Positions 12,265 to 23,561 of a DNA stretch of 64,000 bases are shown piece after piece (positions within the stretch are counted from its first letter, which is position 1; every line of letters begins with the position of its first letter). The translations under genes and the position numbers were made by a program. The DNA is from Macrostomum lignano. Lineage: Eukaryota. The stretch is from the NCBI GenBank assembly GCA_002269645.1, contig NIVC01000059.1, positions 372,001 to 436,000 on the forward strand, read 5' to 3'. The notes under the pieces were generated by a model that did no database searches, was not told the origin of the DNA, and was given only the letters and a program-made list of their open reading frames with translations.

Positions 12265-13700
12265 AGGCTTCTATGATTTTTTTGACGCTTCTATGATTTT
12301 AACATGACGCTTCTATGATTGTTTACATGACGCTTCTATGATTGTTTACATGACGCTTCTATGATTTTTTACATGACGCTTCTATGATTGTTTACATGAC
12401 GCTTCTATGATTGTTTACATGACGCTTCTATGATTGTTTACATGACGCTTCTATGATTTTTTACATGACGCTTCTATGATTGTTTACATGACGCTTCTAT
12501 GATTTTACATGACGCTTCTATGATTTTTACATGACGCTTCTATGATTTTTTACATGACGCTTTATGATTGTTTACATGACGCTTCTATGATTTTTATATG
12601 ACGCTTCTATGATTTTTTACATGACGCTTCTATGATTTTTTACATGACGCTTCTATGATTGTTTACATGACGCTTCTATGATTGTTTACATGACGCTTCT
12701 ATGATTGTTTACATGACGCTTCTATGATTTTTTACATGACGCTTCTATGATTGTTTACATGACGCTTCTATGATTTTTATATGACGCTTCTATGATTTTT
12801 TACATGACGCTTCTATGATTGTTTACATGACGCTTCTATGATTGTTTACATGACGCTTCTATGATTGTTTACATGACGCTTCTATGATTTTTTACATGAC
12901 GCTTCTATGATTGTTTACATGACGCTTCTATGATTTTTATGACGCTTCTATGATTTTTACATGACGCTTCTATGATTGTTTACATGACGCTTCTATGATT
13001 GTTTACATGACGCTTCTATGATTGTTTACATGACGCTTCTATGATTTTTTAATGACGCTTCTATGATTGTTTACATGACGCTTCTATGATTTTTATATGA
13101 CGCTTCTATGATTGTTTACATGACGCTTCTATGATTGTTTACATGACGCTTCTATGATTTTTATGACGCTTCTATGATTGTTTACATGACGCTTCTATGA
13201 TTGTTTACATGACGCTTCTATGATTGTTTACATGACGCTTCTATGATTTTTTACATGACGCTTCTATGATTGTTTACATGACGCTTCTATGATTTTTACA
13301 TGACGCTTCTATGATTGTTTACATGACGCTTCTATGATTGTTTACATGACGCTTCTATGATTGTTTACATGACGCTTCTATGATTTTTTACATGACGCTT
13401 CTATGATTTTTTACATGACGCTTCTATGATTTTTACATGACGCTTCTACGATTTTTTACATGACGCTTCTATGATTGTTTACATGACGCTTCTATGATTG
13501 TTTACATGACGCTTCTAAGATTTTTTACATGACGCTTCTACGATTTTTTACATGACGCTTCTAAGATTTTTTACATGACGCTTCTACGATTTTTTACATG
13601 ACGCTTCTACGATTTTTTACATGACGCTTCTATGATTGTTTACATGACGCTTCTATGATTGTTTTCATGACGCTTCTACGATTTTTATATGACGCTTTTT
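12265..13700. repeat. Minisatellite B (E5)
   Basis: 22-23-bp tandem unit. Confidence 0.97.
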
Positions 13701-13769
13701 TTTAAAAAGTCTTTTAGTTTTCCTGACGTTGAAAAGCTTTAATTAAAAAAATTATACTCAAATTCAAAC

Positions 13770-13835
13770 AATCGAAAATTCAAACCATCGTCGCTGCATT
13801 TGGCAGTTCAGTTTGTTCACCTCTAGGCTAGCTGT
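13770..13835 (-). promoter_or_regulatory. tRNA-derived A/B-box module (E5)
   Basis: TAGCCTAGAGG ... GGTTTGAATT variant of the B box. Confidence 0.45.
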
Positions 13836-15904
13836 CATCGTTTTGATAACATCAAATTTTGCACTTATATAATTCAACACTTTTAAATCCAAGCATAGAG
13901 TAAATCACACGAAGCAGTTATGACATAATCAGTTTCTCAGTCAGTCAGTATCAGTTAACAATATGGTTACGCAATTTAAATCAAGTCTGGTGCTACGCTT
14001 CCACACTGCATTTTCAATTCAAGTCGGAGTTATAATTCAGTTATGATGCAATCTATTTCAGAATCAGAATTCAACCAGTCAGTTTTTTCTCTAGCATTCT
14101 TACAATGCATTTCAAGTCAAAAGTTTGCTTGACCTTTGCAAAAAAGCATGTTTTTCGAATATTTAATGCCTTTAGCATCGAGCAATTTCTTAGCCACGAT
14201 GCATGTACCGTCACGGGAAAATTTCTGATCGAACAGCGCAAGTTCGAACAAAATCGGTCCAGCCATTTTTTCTCTAATCTATCACATATATATATATATA
14301 TAGACATCACATTTTTAGTATATAGGACTAGCTAAAGTTTTGCCCCCTTCGGGGAGCAGAAATAATTAATATTCGTCTAATATAATATACCTTTTAGCAG
14401 GAGTACTTTAAGTGTTTTTCTTAAGCTTAAGCTTAAAATAGGAATTTTTGGAGATCGTTAATAACGCATTTTAGGTAAAACAAAGCTATCAACTTTTTAC
14501 AGTTTTTAGTTTAGAGCCCTGTATATGTCAACGTGTTTGATAAAAATTATTTTTATCATTTTTGATAAAAAATGGCCTTCGGGGTGGCCAATAAGCAAGG
14601 GACGAATCCTTTTAAATGAAAAAAAATTCTTAGGGAGGGGGGCTAGGAATCGAATTCTCATTTTAATTCCAGGCTTATGTACCAATAAAACATGTTTGTG
14701 CAGAATTTTATAACAGACATTGAAATTCAACCATACTTGCCTTCTTTCAGAGCTACTTCTACCAGTATGCTTCAGTACGCTACCAGTACCCTTGTAAGCC
14801 TTGACATGTCAGCAATCCCCCCCACAAGCCTTAACATATCAACTCCCCCCTTGACATCTCAGCAATGCTCCCACAAGCCTTGAAATCTTAAAAAATCTGT
14901 CTATTTTCTAACCCTAACCCTAACCCTAACCCTAACCCTAAAGCATTGAAATTTCAGTAATTCTCTCTAAGAGTCTATAGCACTACTACAGCATTATAGC
15001 GATTCCCTGCAAGCCTCGACATCGTAGGGATTCCCAAATGAATCTCTTAACTTTGACATGAAGCTTCTTTTTTTTTACATTACGCTTTTTCTATCAGCGA
15101 TCCCTCCCGTGAGGAGCCAACAAATAATGTAATAACTTTTTTCCAATAAACTACATGTAGCTTCTGACATTAGCCTTGACATCTCATTTATTCCCCGTGA
15201 GCCTTGACATCTCAGCTATAGATAGATAGATAGATTCCCCTCGTAAGCCTTGACATGTCAGCGATGCCCCCCATAAACCTTGAAATCTAAAAAATCCCCT
15301 GTTAACCTTGAAACGCGCTAAAATCTAACCCTCAACCCAAACCTGACGTAAACCTAACTTTCACCCAACCTAAAGCCTTGAAATCACAGCAATTCTTCTT
15401 CCCTAAGCCTTGGCATTTAAGTGATTCCTTCTTTAAGAATCACAGCACTATAACGATTCCCTCCAAGCTTTGACATCGTAGCAATTCCCAAATGAATCTT
15501 TTAACTTTGACATGACTTTTATTTTATGTATACATAGTGCTCCTTTTATTTTTACATGACTCTTCTTCTATCAGCGCCCCCCCCACCGTGGCAAGCCAAC
15601 AAAGAATGCAATAAAAAACTTAAGTAAAGTACATGTACTTTGAAGTAGCTTCTGACTTTTGCTTTAACATCTCAGAAACCCCCCTGTAATCTCAGTTATT
15701 CTCTGTGAGCCTTGACGTCTCAGTAATTCTCCCCAGCACAGCACTGTACTATAGCTTCATTTAATTTTTATATGACATTTCTTTCATGTCTGACATGACG
15801 CTTCTTTTGATTTTTACGTTACGCTTCTTTTATTCTTCCATGATGCTTCTTAATTTTTTAAATGACACACTTTCATTAGTTTTTATATGAGGCTTCTATA
15901 ATTT

Positions 15905-16625
15905 TTTCATGACGCTTCTATGCTTGTTTACATGACGCTTGTATGATTTTTACATGACGCTTCTATGATTGTTTACATGACGCTTGTATGATTGTTTACA
16001 TGACGCTTCTATGATTTTTTACATGACGCTTTTATGATTTTTACATGACGCTTCTATGATTTTTTACATGACGCTTCTATGATTTTTACATGACGCTTCT
16101 ATGATTTTTACATGACGCTTCTATGATTTTTACATGACGCTTCTATGATTGTTTACATGACGCTTCTATGATTGTATACATGACGCTTCTATGATTGTTT
16201 ACATGACGCTTCTATGATTGTATACATGACGCTTCTATGATTGTTTACATGACGCTTTTATGATTGTTTACATGACGCTTCTATGATTTTTACATGACGC
16301 TTCTATGATTTTTACATGACGCTTCTATGATTGTTTACATGACGCTTCTATGATTGTTTACATGACGCTTCTATGATTTTAACATGACGCTTCTATGATT
16401 TTTTTACATGACGCTTCTATGATTGTTTACATGACGCTTGTATGATTGTTTACATGACGCTTGTATGATTTTAACATGACGCTTCTATGATTGTTTACAT
16501 TACGCTTCTATGATTTTTACATGACGCTTCTATGATTTTTACATGACGCTTCTATGATTGTTTACATGACGCTTCTATGATTGTTTACATGACGCTTGTA
16601 TGATTGTTTACATGACGCTTCCATA
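15905..16625. repeat. Minisatellite B (E6; copy at 39465-40165)
   Basis: 22-23-bp tandem unit. Confidence 0.97.
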
Positions 16626-16674
16626 ATTTTTTTTGTCTTGGCGTTAAAAGGCTTTAATTAAAAAAACTCTACTC

Positions 16675-16740
16675 TCTAAAAATTCGAACCATCGTCCCTG
16701 CATTTAGCAGTTTAGTCTGTTTACCTCTAGGCTAGCTCTC
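16675..16740 (-). promoter_or_regulatory. tRNA-derived A/B-box module (E6, B half; copy at ~40215-40280)
   Basis: TAGCCTAGAGG...GACTGCTAAAT...GGTTCGAATT, followed by a T-run. Confidence 0.6.
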
Positions 16741-17024
16741 ATGAATTTTAGTCATTACCCCTAAATAGAAAATATTCCCAAGACAGCAAGCATCCCCCAG
16801 TAGCAAGCATCCCCTAATACTCCTAGCAAGCATCCACCCAGATAGCAAGCATCTGCAGATAGCAAGCATCTTGCAGATAGCAAGCATCTTGCAGATAGCA
16901 AGCATACCCCAAATAATGTAGAAGCATCCTTCCAGATAGCAAGCATCCTGCACATAGCAAGAATCCCTAAATAGCAAGCATCCCTGGATAGAAATAATCC
17001 TATACATGTAGCCAAGCTTATCAA

Positions 17025-18710
17025 GCGCAGTAATCCTTGGCTATCGAGTGCAGTAATCCTTGGTTTATTAATAGCAATAATCCATGGCTTATCGAGTGCA
17101 GTAATCCTTGGTTAATTAATAGCAATAATCCTTGGCTTATCGAGTGCAGTAATTCATGGTTTATTAATAGCAATAATCCTTGGCTTATCGAGTGCAGTAA
17201 TCCTTGGTTTATTAATAGCAATAATCCATGCCTTATCGAGTGCAGTAATCCTTGGTTTATTAATAGCAATAATCCTTGGCTTATCGAGTGCAGTAATCCT
17301 TGGTTTGCCAAGTGCATAATCCTTGGTTTATTAATAGCAATAATCCTTGGTTTATCGAGTGCAGTAATCCTTGGTTTATTAATAGCAATAATCCTTGGCT
17401 TATCGAGTGCAGTAATCCTTGGTTTATTAATAGCAATAATCCATGGCTTATCGAGTGCAGTAATCCTTGGTTTGCCAAGAGCAATAGTCCTTGGCTTATC
17501 GAGTGCAGTAATCCTTGGTTTGCCAAGAGTAATAGTCCTTGGTTTATTGAGTGCAGTAATCCTTGGTTTATTAATAGCAATAGTCCTTGGTTTATTGAGT
17601 GCAGTAATCCTTGGTTTATTAATAGCAATAATCCTTGGCTTATCGAGTGCAGTAATCCTTGGTTTGCCAAGTGCATAATCCTTGGTTTATTAATAGCAAT
17701 AATCCTTGGCTTATCGAGTGCAGTAATCCTTGGTTTATTAATAGCAATAATCCTTGGTTTATCGAGTGCATTAATCCTTGGTTTATTAATAGCAATAATC
17801 CTTGGCTTATCGAGTGCAGTAATCCTTGGTTTATTAATAGCAATAATCCTTGGCTTATCGAGTGCAGTAATCCTTGGTTTGCCAAGAGCAATAGTCCTTG
17901 GTTTTTTGAGTGCAGTAATCCTTGGTTTATTAATAGCAATAGTCCTTGGTTTATTGAGTGCAGTAATGCTTGGTTTATTAATAGCAATAATCCTTGGCTT
18001 ATCGATTGCAGTAATCCTTGGTTTGCCAAGTGCATAATCCTAGGTTTATTAATAGCAATAATCCTTGGTTTATCGAGTGCAGTAATCCTTAGTTTATTAA
18101 TAGCAATAATCCTTGGCTTATCGAGTGCAGTAATCCTTGGTTTATTAATAGCAATAATCCATGGCTTATCGAGTGCAGTAATCCTTGGTTTGCCAAGAGC
18201 AATAGTCCTTGGCTTATCGAGTGCAGTAATCCTTGGTTTGCCAAGAGCAATAGTCCTTGGTTTATTGAGTGCAGTAATCCTTGGTTTATTAATAGCAATA
18301 GTCCTTGGCTTATCGAGTGCAGTAATCCTTGGTTTATTAATAGCAATAATCCTTGGTTTATCGAGTGCAGTAATCCTTGGTTTATTAATAGCAATAATCC
18401 TTGGCTTATCGAGTGCAGTAATCCTTGGTTTATTAATAGCAATAATCCATGGCTTATGAGTGCAGTAATCCTTGGTTTATTAATAGCAATAATCCTTGGC
18501 TTATCGAGTGCAGTAATTCATGGTTTATTAATAGCAATAATCCTTGGCTTATCGAGTGCAGTAATCCTTGGTTTATTAATAGCAATAATCCATGGCTTAT
18601 CGAGTGCAGTAATCCTTGGTTTGCCAAGAGCAATAATCCTTGGCTTATCGAGTGCAGTATTCCTTGGTTTGCCAAGAGCAATAATCCTTAGCTTATCGAG
18701 TGCAGTAATC
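17025..18710. repeat. Minisatellite C, 48-bp dimer of two 24-bp subunits (copy at 40565-42250)
   Basis: GCAGTAATCCTTGGTTTATTAATA + GCAATAATCCTTGGCTTATCGAGT, with a 359-bp higher-order period marked by the GCCAAGTGCAT variant. Confidence 0.97.
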
Positions 18711-18774
18711 TAAGTGTTTTTATTTAGTCCTTTAATAAAAGCTTTTAATAAAAAATTTTACACTACTACTTTTA

Positions 18775-18843
18775 AACTACTTAGATTCGAACCCAGGTCG
18801 CTGCATTAGCAGTCTGGTCTGCTCAGCTCTAGGCTAGCTCTCA
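18775..18843 (-). promoter_or_regulatory. tRNA-derived A/B-box module (E6, C half; copy at ~42315-42383)
   Basis: The A box TAGCCTAGAGC starts at 18836 and the B box GGTTCGAATC at 18793. That 43-nt spacing compares with ~44 nt in a standard tRNA. An anticodon-loop-like CTGCTAA lies between them. Confidence 0.7.
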
Positions 18844-20574
18844 TCGAAGTTATCAGTGAATTTGTACCACTTATATAATTCAACACTCACACCAAGTCAG
18901 GTAGAGTAAAAAGTCACGCGAAGCAGTTATGACATAATCAATTTCTTAGGCAAGTCAGTACCAGTGTCTATGAAAGTTAACAATATGGTTACGTAATATA
19001 AATTCAGTACTGCACTATACTTTCACCCTCAAAGCTGTGACGCAATTCAATTGAGTGTCAAATTCAGCCAGTACACAGACGATAAATAAAGTGTATTGTG
19101 ATGCAATCTATTTCAGAATCAGAATTCAACCAGTCAGATTTTTCTCTAGCATTCTTACAATGCATTTCAGGTCGAAAGAGCTGCTTGACCTTTGCAAAAA
19201 ATCATGTTTTTCGAATATTTAATCCCTTTAACATTGAGCAATTTCTTAGCCAATATGCATGTACCGTCCCGGGAAAATTTCTGATCGAATGGTGCAAGTT
19301 TGAAGAAAATCGGTTGAGCCGTTCGGGAGAAAATCAATTACAAGCAAGCAACCAAGCATTTCATTTTTAGTATATTAGACTAGCAATCTACGCCCCCCGT
19401 TGGGGAGCCAAAGAAATGCAATACACGTTTTTTTAATAAGCTACATGTATCCTTGAAATCTTAAAAAACCTCCTGTCAAACCTTGTAAGCCTTGACATGT
19501 CAGTAATCCCCCCCCCCACAAGCTTTAACATATCAACTTCCCCCCTTGACATCTCAGCAATGCCCCCAATAAGCCTTGGAAATCTAAAAATATCTGTCAA
19601 CCTTCTAACCCTAACGCTAGCCTAACCCTAACCCTAACCCTAACCCTAACCCAACCCTAAAGCATTGAAATTTCAGTAATTCTCTCTAAGAGTCATTATA
19701 GCACTACTACAGTATTATAGCGAATCCCTGTAAGCCTCGACATCGTAGGGATTCCCAAATGAATATCTTAACTTCGACATGAAGCTTCTTTTATTTTTTA
19801 CATTACGCTTTTTTTATCAGCGATCCCTCCCCTGAGGAGGCATCAAATAATGTAATAAAAAGTTTTCAATAAACTACATGTAGCTTCTGACTTTAGCCTT
19901 GATATCTTATTTATACCCCCGTGAGCCTTGACATCTAAGCTATTCCCCCGTAAGCCTTGACATGTCAGCGATGGCCCCCATAAACCTTGAAATCTAAAAA
20001 ATCCCCTGTTAACCTTGAAACCCGCTAAAATCTAACCCTCGACCCACACCTGACCTAAACCTAACTTTAACCCAACCTAAAGCCTTGAAATCTCAGAAAT
20101 TCTTCTCCCCTAAGCCTTGACATTTTAGTGATTCCTTCTTTAAGAATCACAGCACTATAACGATTTCCACCAAGCTTTGACATCGTTGCGATTCCCAAAT
20201 AAATCTTTTAACTTTGACATGACTTTTATTTTATGTATACATAGTGCTACTTTTATTTTTTACATGACTCTTCTTCTATCAGCGCCCCCCGTGTCGAGCC
20301 AACAAATAATGCAATAAAAAAATTGAGTAAAGTACATGAACTTTGAAGTAGCTTCTGACTTTTGCTTTGACATCTCAGAAACCCCCCCCCCCGTAATCTC
20401 AGTTATTCTCTGAGACCCTTTACGTCTCAGTTTTTCTCCCCAGCACAGCATTATAGCTGCATTTAATTTTTACATGACACCCTTCATGTCTGACATGACG
20501 CTTCTTTTATTCTACCATGATGCTTCTTAATTTTTTAAATGACACTTTCATTAGTTTTAAATGAGGCTCCTATG

Positions 20575-21870
20575 ATTATTTCATGACGCTTCTACGATTT
20601 CTGCAGGACGCTTCAATGATTTTTACATGACGCCTCTATGATTTTTACATGACGCTACTATGATTTTCATATGACGCTTCTATGATTTTTTACATGACGC
20701 TTTTATGATTTTTTACATGACGCTTTTATGATTTTTACATGACGCTTCTATGATTGTTTACATGACGCTTCTATGATTTTTTACATGGCGCTTCTATGAT
20801 TGTTTACAGGACGCTTCAATGATTTTTACATGACGCTTCTATGATTGTTTACATGATGCTTCTACGATTTTTATATGACGCTTCTATGATATTTTAAATG
20901 GCGCTTCTATGATTTTTTAATGACGCTTCTATGATTTTTTACATGACGCTTCTGTGATTGTTTACATGACTCTTCTATGATTGTTTACATGACGCTTCTA
21001 TGATTGTTTACATGACGCTTCTATGATTGTTTACATGACGCTTCTATGATTGTTTACATGACGCTTCTATGATTGTTTACATGACGCTTCTATGATTGTT
21101 TACATGACGCTTCTATGATTGTTTACATGACGCTTCTAAGATTTTTTACATGACGCTTCTACGATTTTTTACATGACGCTTCTATGATTGTTTACATGAC
21201 GCTTCTATGATTTTTTAAATGACGCTTCTATGATTTTTATATGACGCTTCTATGATTTTTTAAATGACGCTTCTATGATTGTTTACATGACGCTTCTATG
21301 ATTTTTTACATGACTCTTCTATGATTTTTTAAATGACGCTTCTATTATTTTTTAATGACGCTTCTATGATTGTTTAAATGACGCTTCTATGATTGTTTAC
21401 ATGACGCTTCTATGATTGTTTACATGACGCTTCTATGATTGTTTACATGACGCTTCTATGATTGTTTACATGAGGCTTCTTTGATTGTTTACATGACGCT
21501 TCTAAGATTTTTTACATGACGCTTCTAAGATTTTTTACATGACGCTTCTATGATTGTTTACATGACGCTTCTATGATTTTTTAAATGACGCTTCTATGAT
21601 TTTTATATGACGCTTCTATGATTTTTTACATGACGCTTCTATGATTGTTTACATGACGCTTCTACGATTTTTTAAATGACGCATCTATGATTTTTATATG
21701 ACGCTTCTATGATTTTTTACATGACGCTTCTATGATTGTTTACATGACGCTTCTATGATTTTTTACATGACGCTTCTATGATTTTTAAATGATGCTTCTA
21801 TGATTTTGTAAATGACGCTTCTATGATTGTTTACATGACGCTTCTATGATTTTTACATGACGCTTCTTTT
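20575..21870. repeat. Minisatellite B (E7; copy at 44110-45405)
   Basis: 22-23-bp tandem unit. Confidence 0.97.
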
Positions 21871-21924
21871 TAAAAAGTCTTTTAGTTTTCCTGACGTTGA
21901 AAAGCTTTAATTAAAAAAATTATA

Positions 21925-21993
21925 CTCTATGAAAATTCAAACCATCGTCACTGCATTTAGCAGTTCAGTTTGTTCACCTTTAGGCTAGCTCTC
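21925..21993 (-). promoter_or_regulatory. tRNA-derived A/B-box module (E7; copy at ~45461-45529)
   Basis: Homologous position and sequence; B box variant GGTTTGAATT. Confidence 0.45.
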
Positions 21994-22485
21994 ATCGTTT
22001 TGATAACATCAACTTTTGCACTTATATAACTCAACACTTTTAAATCCAAGCATAGAGTAAATCACACGAAGCAGTTATTACATAATCAGTTTCTCAGTCA
22101 GTCAGTATCAGTTAACAATATGGTTACGCAATTTAAATCAAGTCTGGTGCTACGCTTCCACACTGCATTTTCAATTCAAGTCGGAGTTACAATTCAGTTA
22201 TGATGCAATCTATTTCAGAATCAGAATTCAACCAGTCAGTTTTTTCTCTAGCATTCTTACAATGCATTTCAAGTCAAAAAGTTTGCTTGACCTTTGCAAA
22301 AAAGCATGTTTTTCGAATATTTAATCGCTTTAGCATCGAGCAATTTCTTAGCCACGATGCATGTACCGTCACGGGAAAATTTCTGATCGAACAGCGCAAG
22401 TTCGAACAAAATCGGTCCAGCCATTTTTTCTCTAATCTATCACATATATATATATATATAGACATCACATTTTTAGTATATAGGA

Positions 22486-22842
22486 CTAGCTAATTAGAGC
22501 TGGCTGCCAGCAGCCAGAATAATTTTTTTATTGCCCCCCTTTAAGTGGAGCGGAGTGAGTTTTCTTATCAGTTGGCTCTGGCGCAATCAATTAAAATTGG
22601 CAGTGAAGTTTCTGGCTGATAAAATTTGCATTGAAAAAGGCCATTTAAAACAGTTTTTCGAATATTTAATCCCTTAAGCATTGAAGCAGATACAAGAAAT
22701 TTTAACTGTCTTCTTTCCAGACAATTTTGAATCTTTTGGCGAAAACGCGATGAAAATCGGTGAAGAATTGCTCGCTCTAGAGCGTTATGGACATTCAAGC
22801 AAGCATACAAACCTTAGAGATTTAGTATATTTAAGAAGAAGA
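22486..22842 (-). mobile_element. Short Helitron-like element E8 (~357 bp, outermost 5' member)
   Basis: CTAG at 22486, 7-bp hairpin CTGGCTG-ccag-CAGCCAG (22500-22517), core homologous to E3. The 5' end is placed at GA|T 22842 (22836 is an alternative). Confidence 0.7.
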
Positions 22843-23561
22843 TATAACCCAATTAATTTGTAAGTCTGGAGAAATTTAAGGTGCTCTTGCAAAACTGCAC
22901 CAAAAGGTAAGTGCACAACACAACGAAAGTAATCGATCGTCGCGAGCTGTGCATGTCGGAGCTGTCGAATCCTCTCAAATTCTCTGCACAATCCGGCCAG
23001 ATTGTACGTTACATGTACATGTACATGTGCATGTACAGCTCAATTAAGCACATTTTAATCCAGTGCCTGTTCCACGAATTTTGCGAATTGTATTAACAAA
23101 TCAGGCTGATACTGAAGAACGACTAAATAGCTTTTACATACCTTAGCCAAACATCTAAGTGGTTGGTTCAATTCAATGGTTAGCCTTCACCAGCAAATAA
23201 TGGATCGAGCCCTAAAGTAAAAAAAATACGATATTCAATTCAGGTGCACAGAGCATTAGAAACATCTAAATAAAATAATATTGTGTAGCTTATATTTTAG
23301 ATAATATATTCATTTTTAAAATTTGAATTAGTTAAAATTTCTTTTTTGTTAAACAGGTTTTGATGCCTTACTACTTTTAGCGCACTAATTTGACTTGCAT
23401 GAAACAACCGCAATATATTGTTCCTCGCTCGACTTGACGACTTCTGGGTTCTCCGTCATCTCCGACACGGTTTAATTGATTTATATTTAGTCAAGTGTAG
23501 TGTGTAGTTAGAGCAAGCTGCCTAGAGCTGTTTCTAATTTAAATATGTCACATAGCCTAGG

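Larger units (their letters stand above)
11091..14327 (-). mobile_element. Helitron-like element E5 (type B)
   Basis: Same architecture as E2; CTAG at 11091, 5' TC at 14327. Confidence 0.85.
14328..19379 (-). mobile_element. Composite Helitron-like element E6 (B-type 3' half with a different terminus, fused to a C-type 5' half)
   Basis: CTAG at 14328 with hairpin TGCCCCCTTCGGGGAGCA. Unique ~450 bp, then B-type modules and minisatellite B, a tRNA-like module (~16680-16740), an abrupt switch to GATAGCAAGCATCC repeats, minisatellite C, a second tRNA-like module and core to TC at 19379. Confidence 0.75.
19380..22485 (-). mobile_element. Helitron-like element E7 (type B)
   Basis: Same architecture as E2/E5; CTAG at 19380, 5' TC at 22485. 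Confidence 0.85.
1..22842 (-). mobile_element. Head-to-tail train of >=8 non-autonomous Helitron-like elements (left end outside window)
   Basis: Seven junctions read '...TTTTTAGTATA(TAGGA/TTAGA)|CTAGC' on + (= CTAG|TC on -), at 2344|2345, 5868|5869, 6246|6247, 11090|11091, 14327|14328, 19379|19380 and 22485|22486. Each CTAG has a GC hairpin ~8-12 nt inside. The outer end probably lies at 22842|22843 (A|TCTTCTTCTTAAATATACTAAA on -). All members share the core TTTTTCGAATATTTAAT. No Rep/helicase ORF is present. Confidence 0.85.

Noticed and set aside
17021-18713. Long ORFs in several frames over satellite C (and 40561-42253)
   Set aside because: The 24/48-bp unit lacks stops in those frames; translations are pure repeats with no splice context.
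1-21870. CRISPR-like appearance of regular short repeats
   Set aside because: The units are contiguous with no unique spacers, there are no cas genes, and the context is eukaryotic.
22843-22960. Minus-strand signal-peptide-like ORF (MHSSRRSITFVVLCTYLLVQF...) and a plus-strand AAG|GTAAGT at 22906/22907 as first exons
   Set aside because: They are short, no compatible exon chain could be built, and both could be chance.
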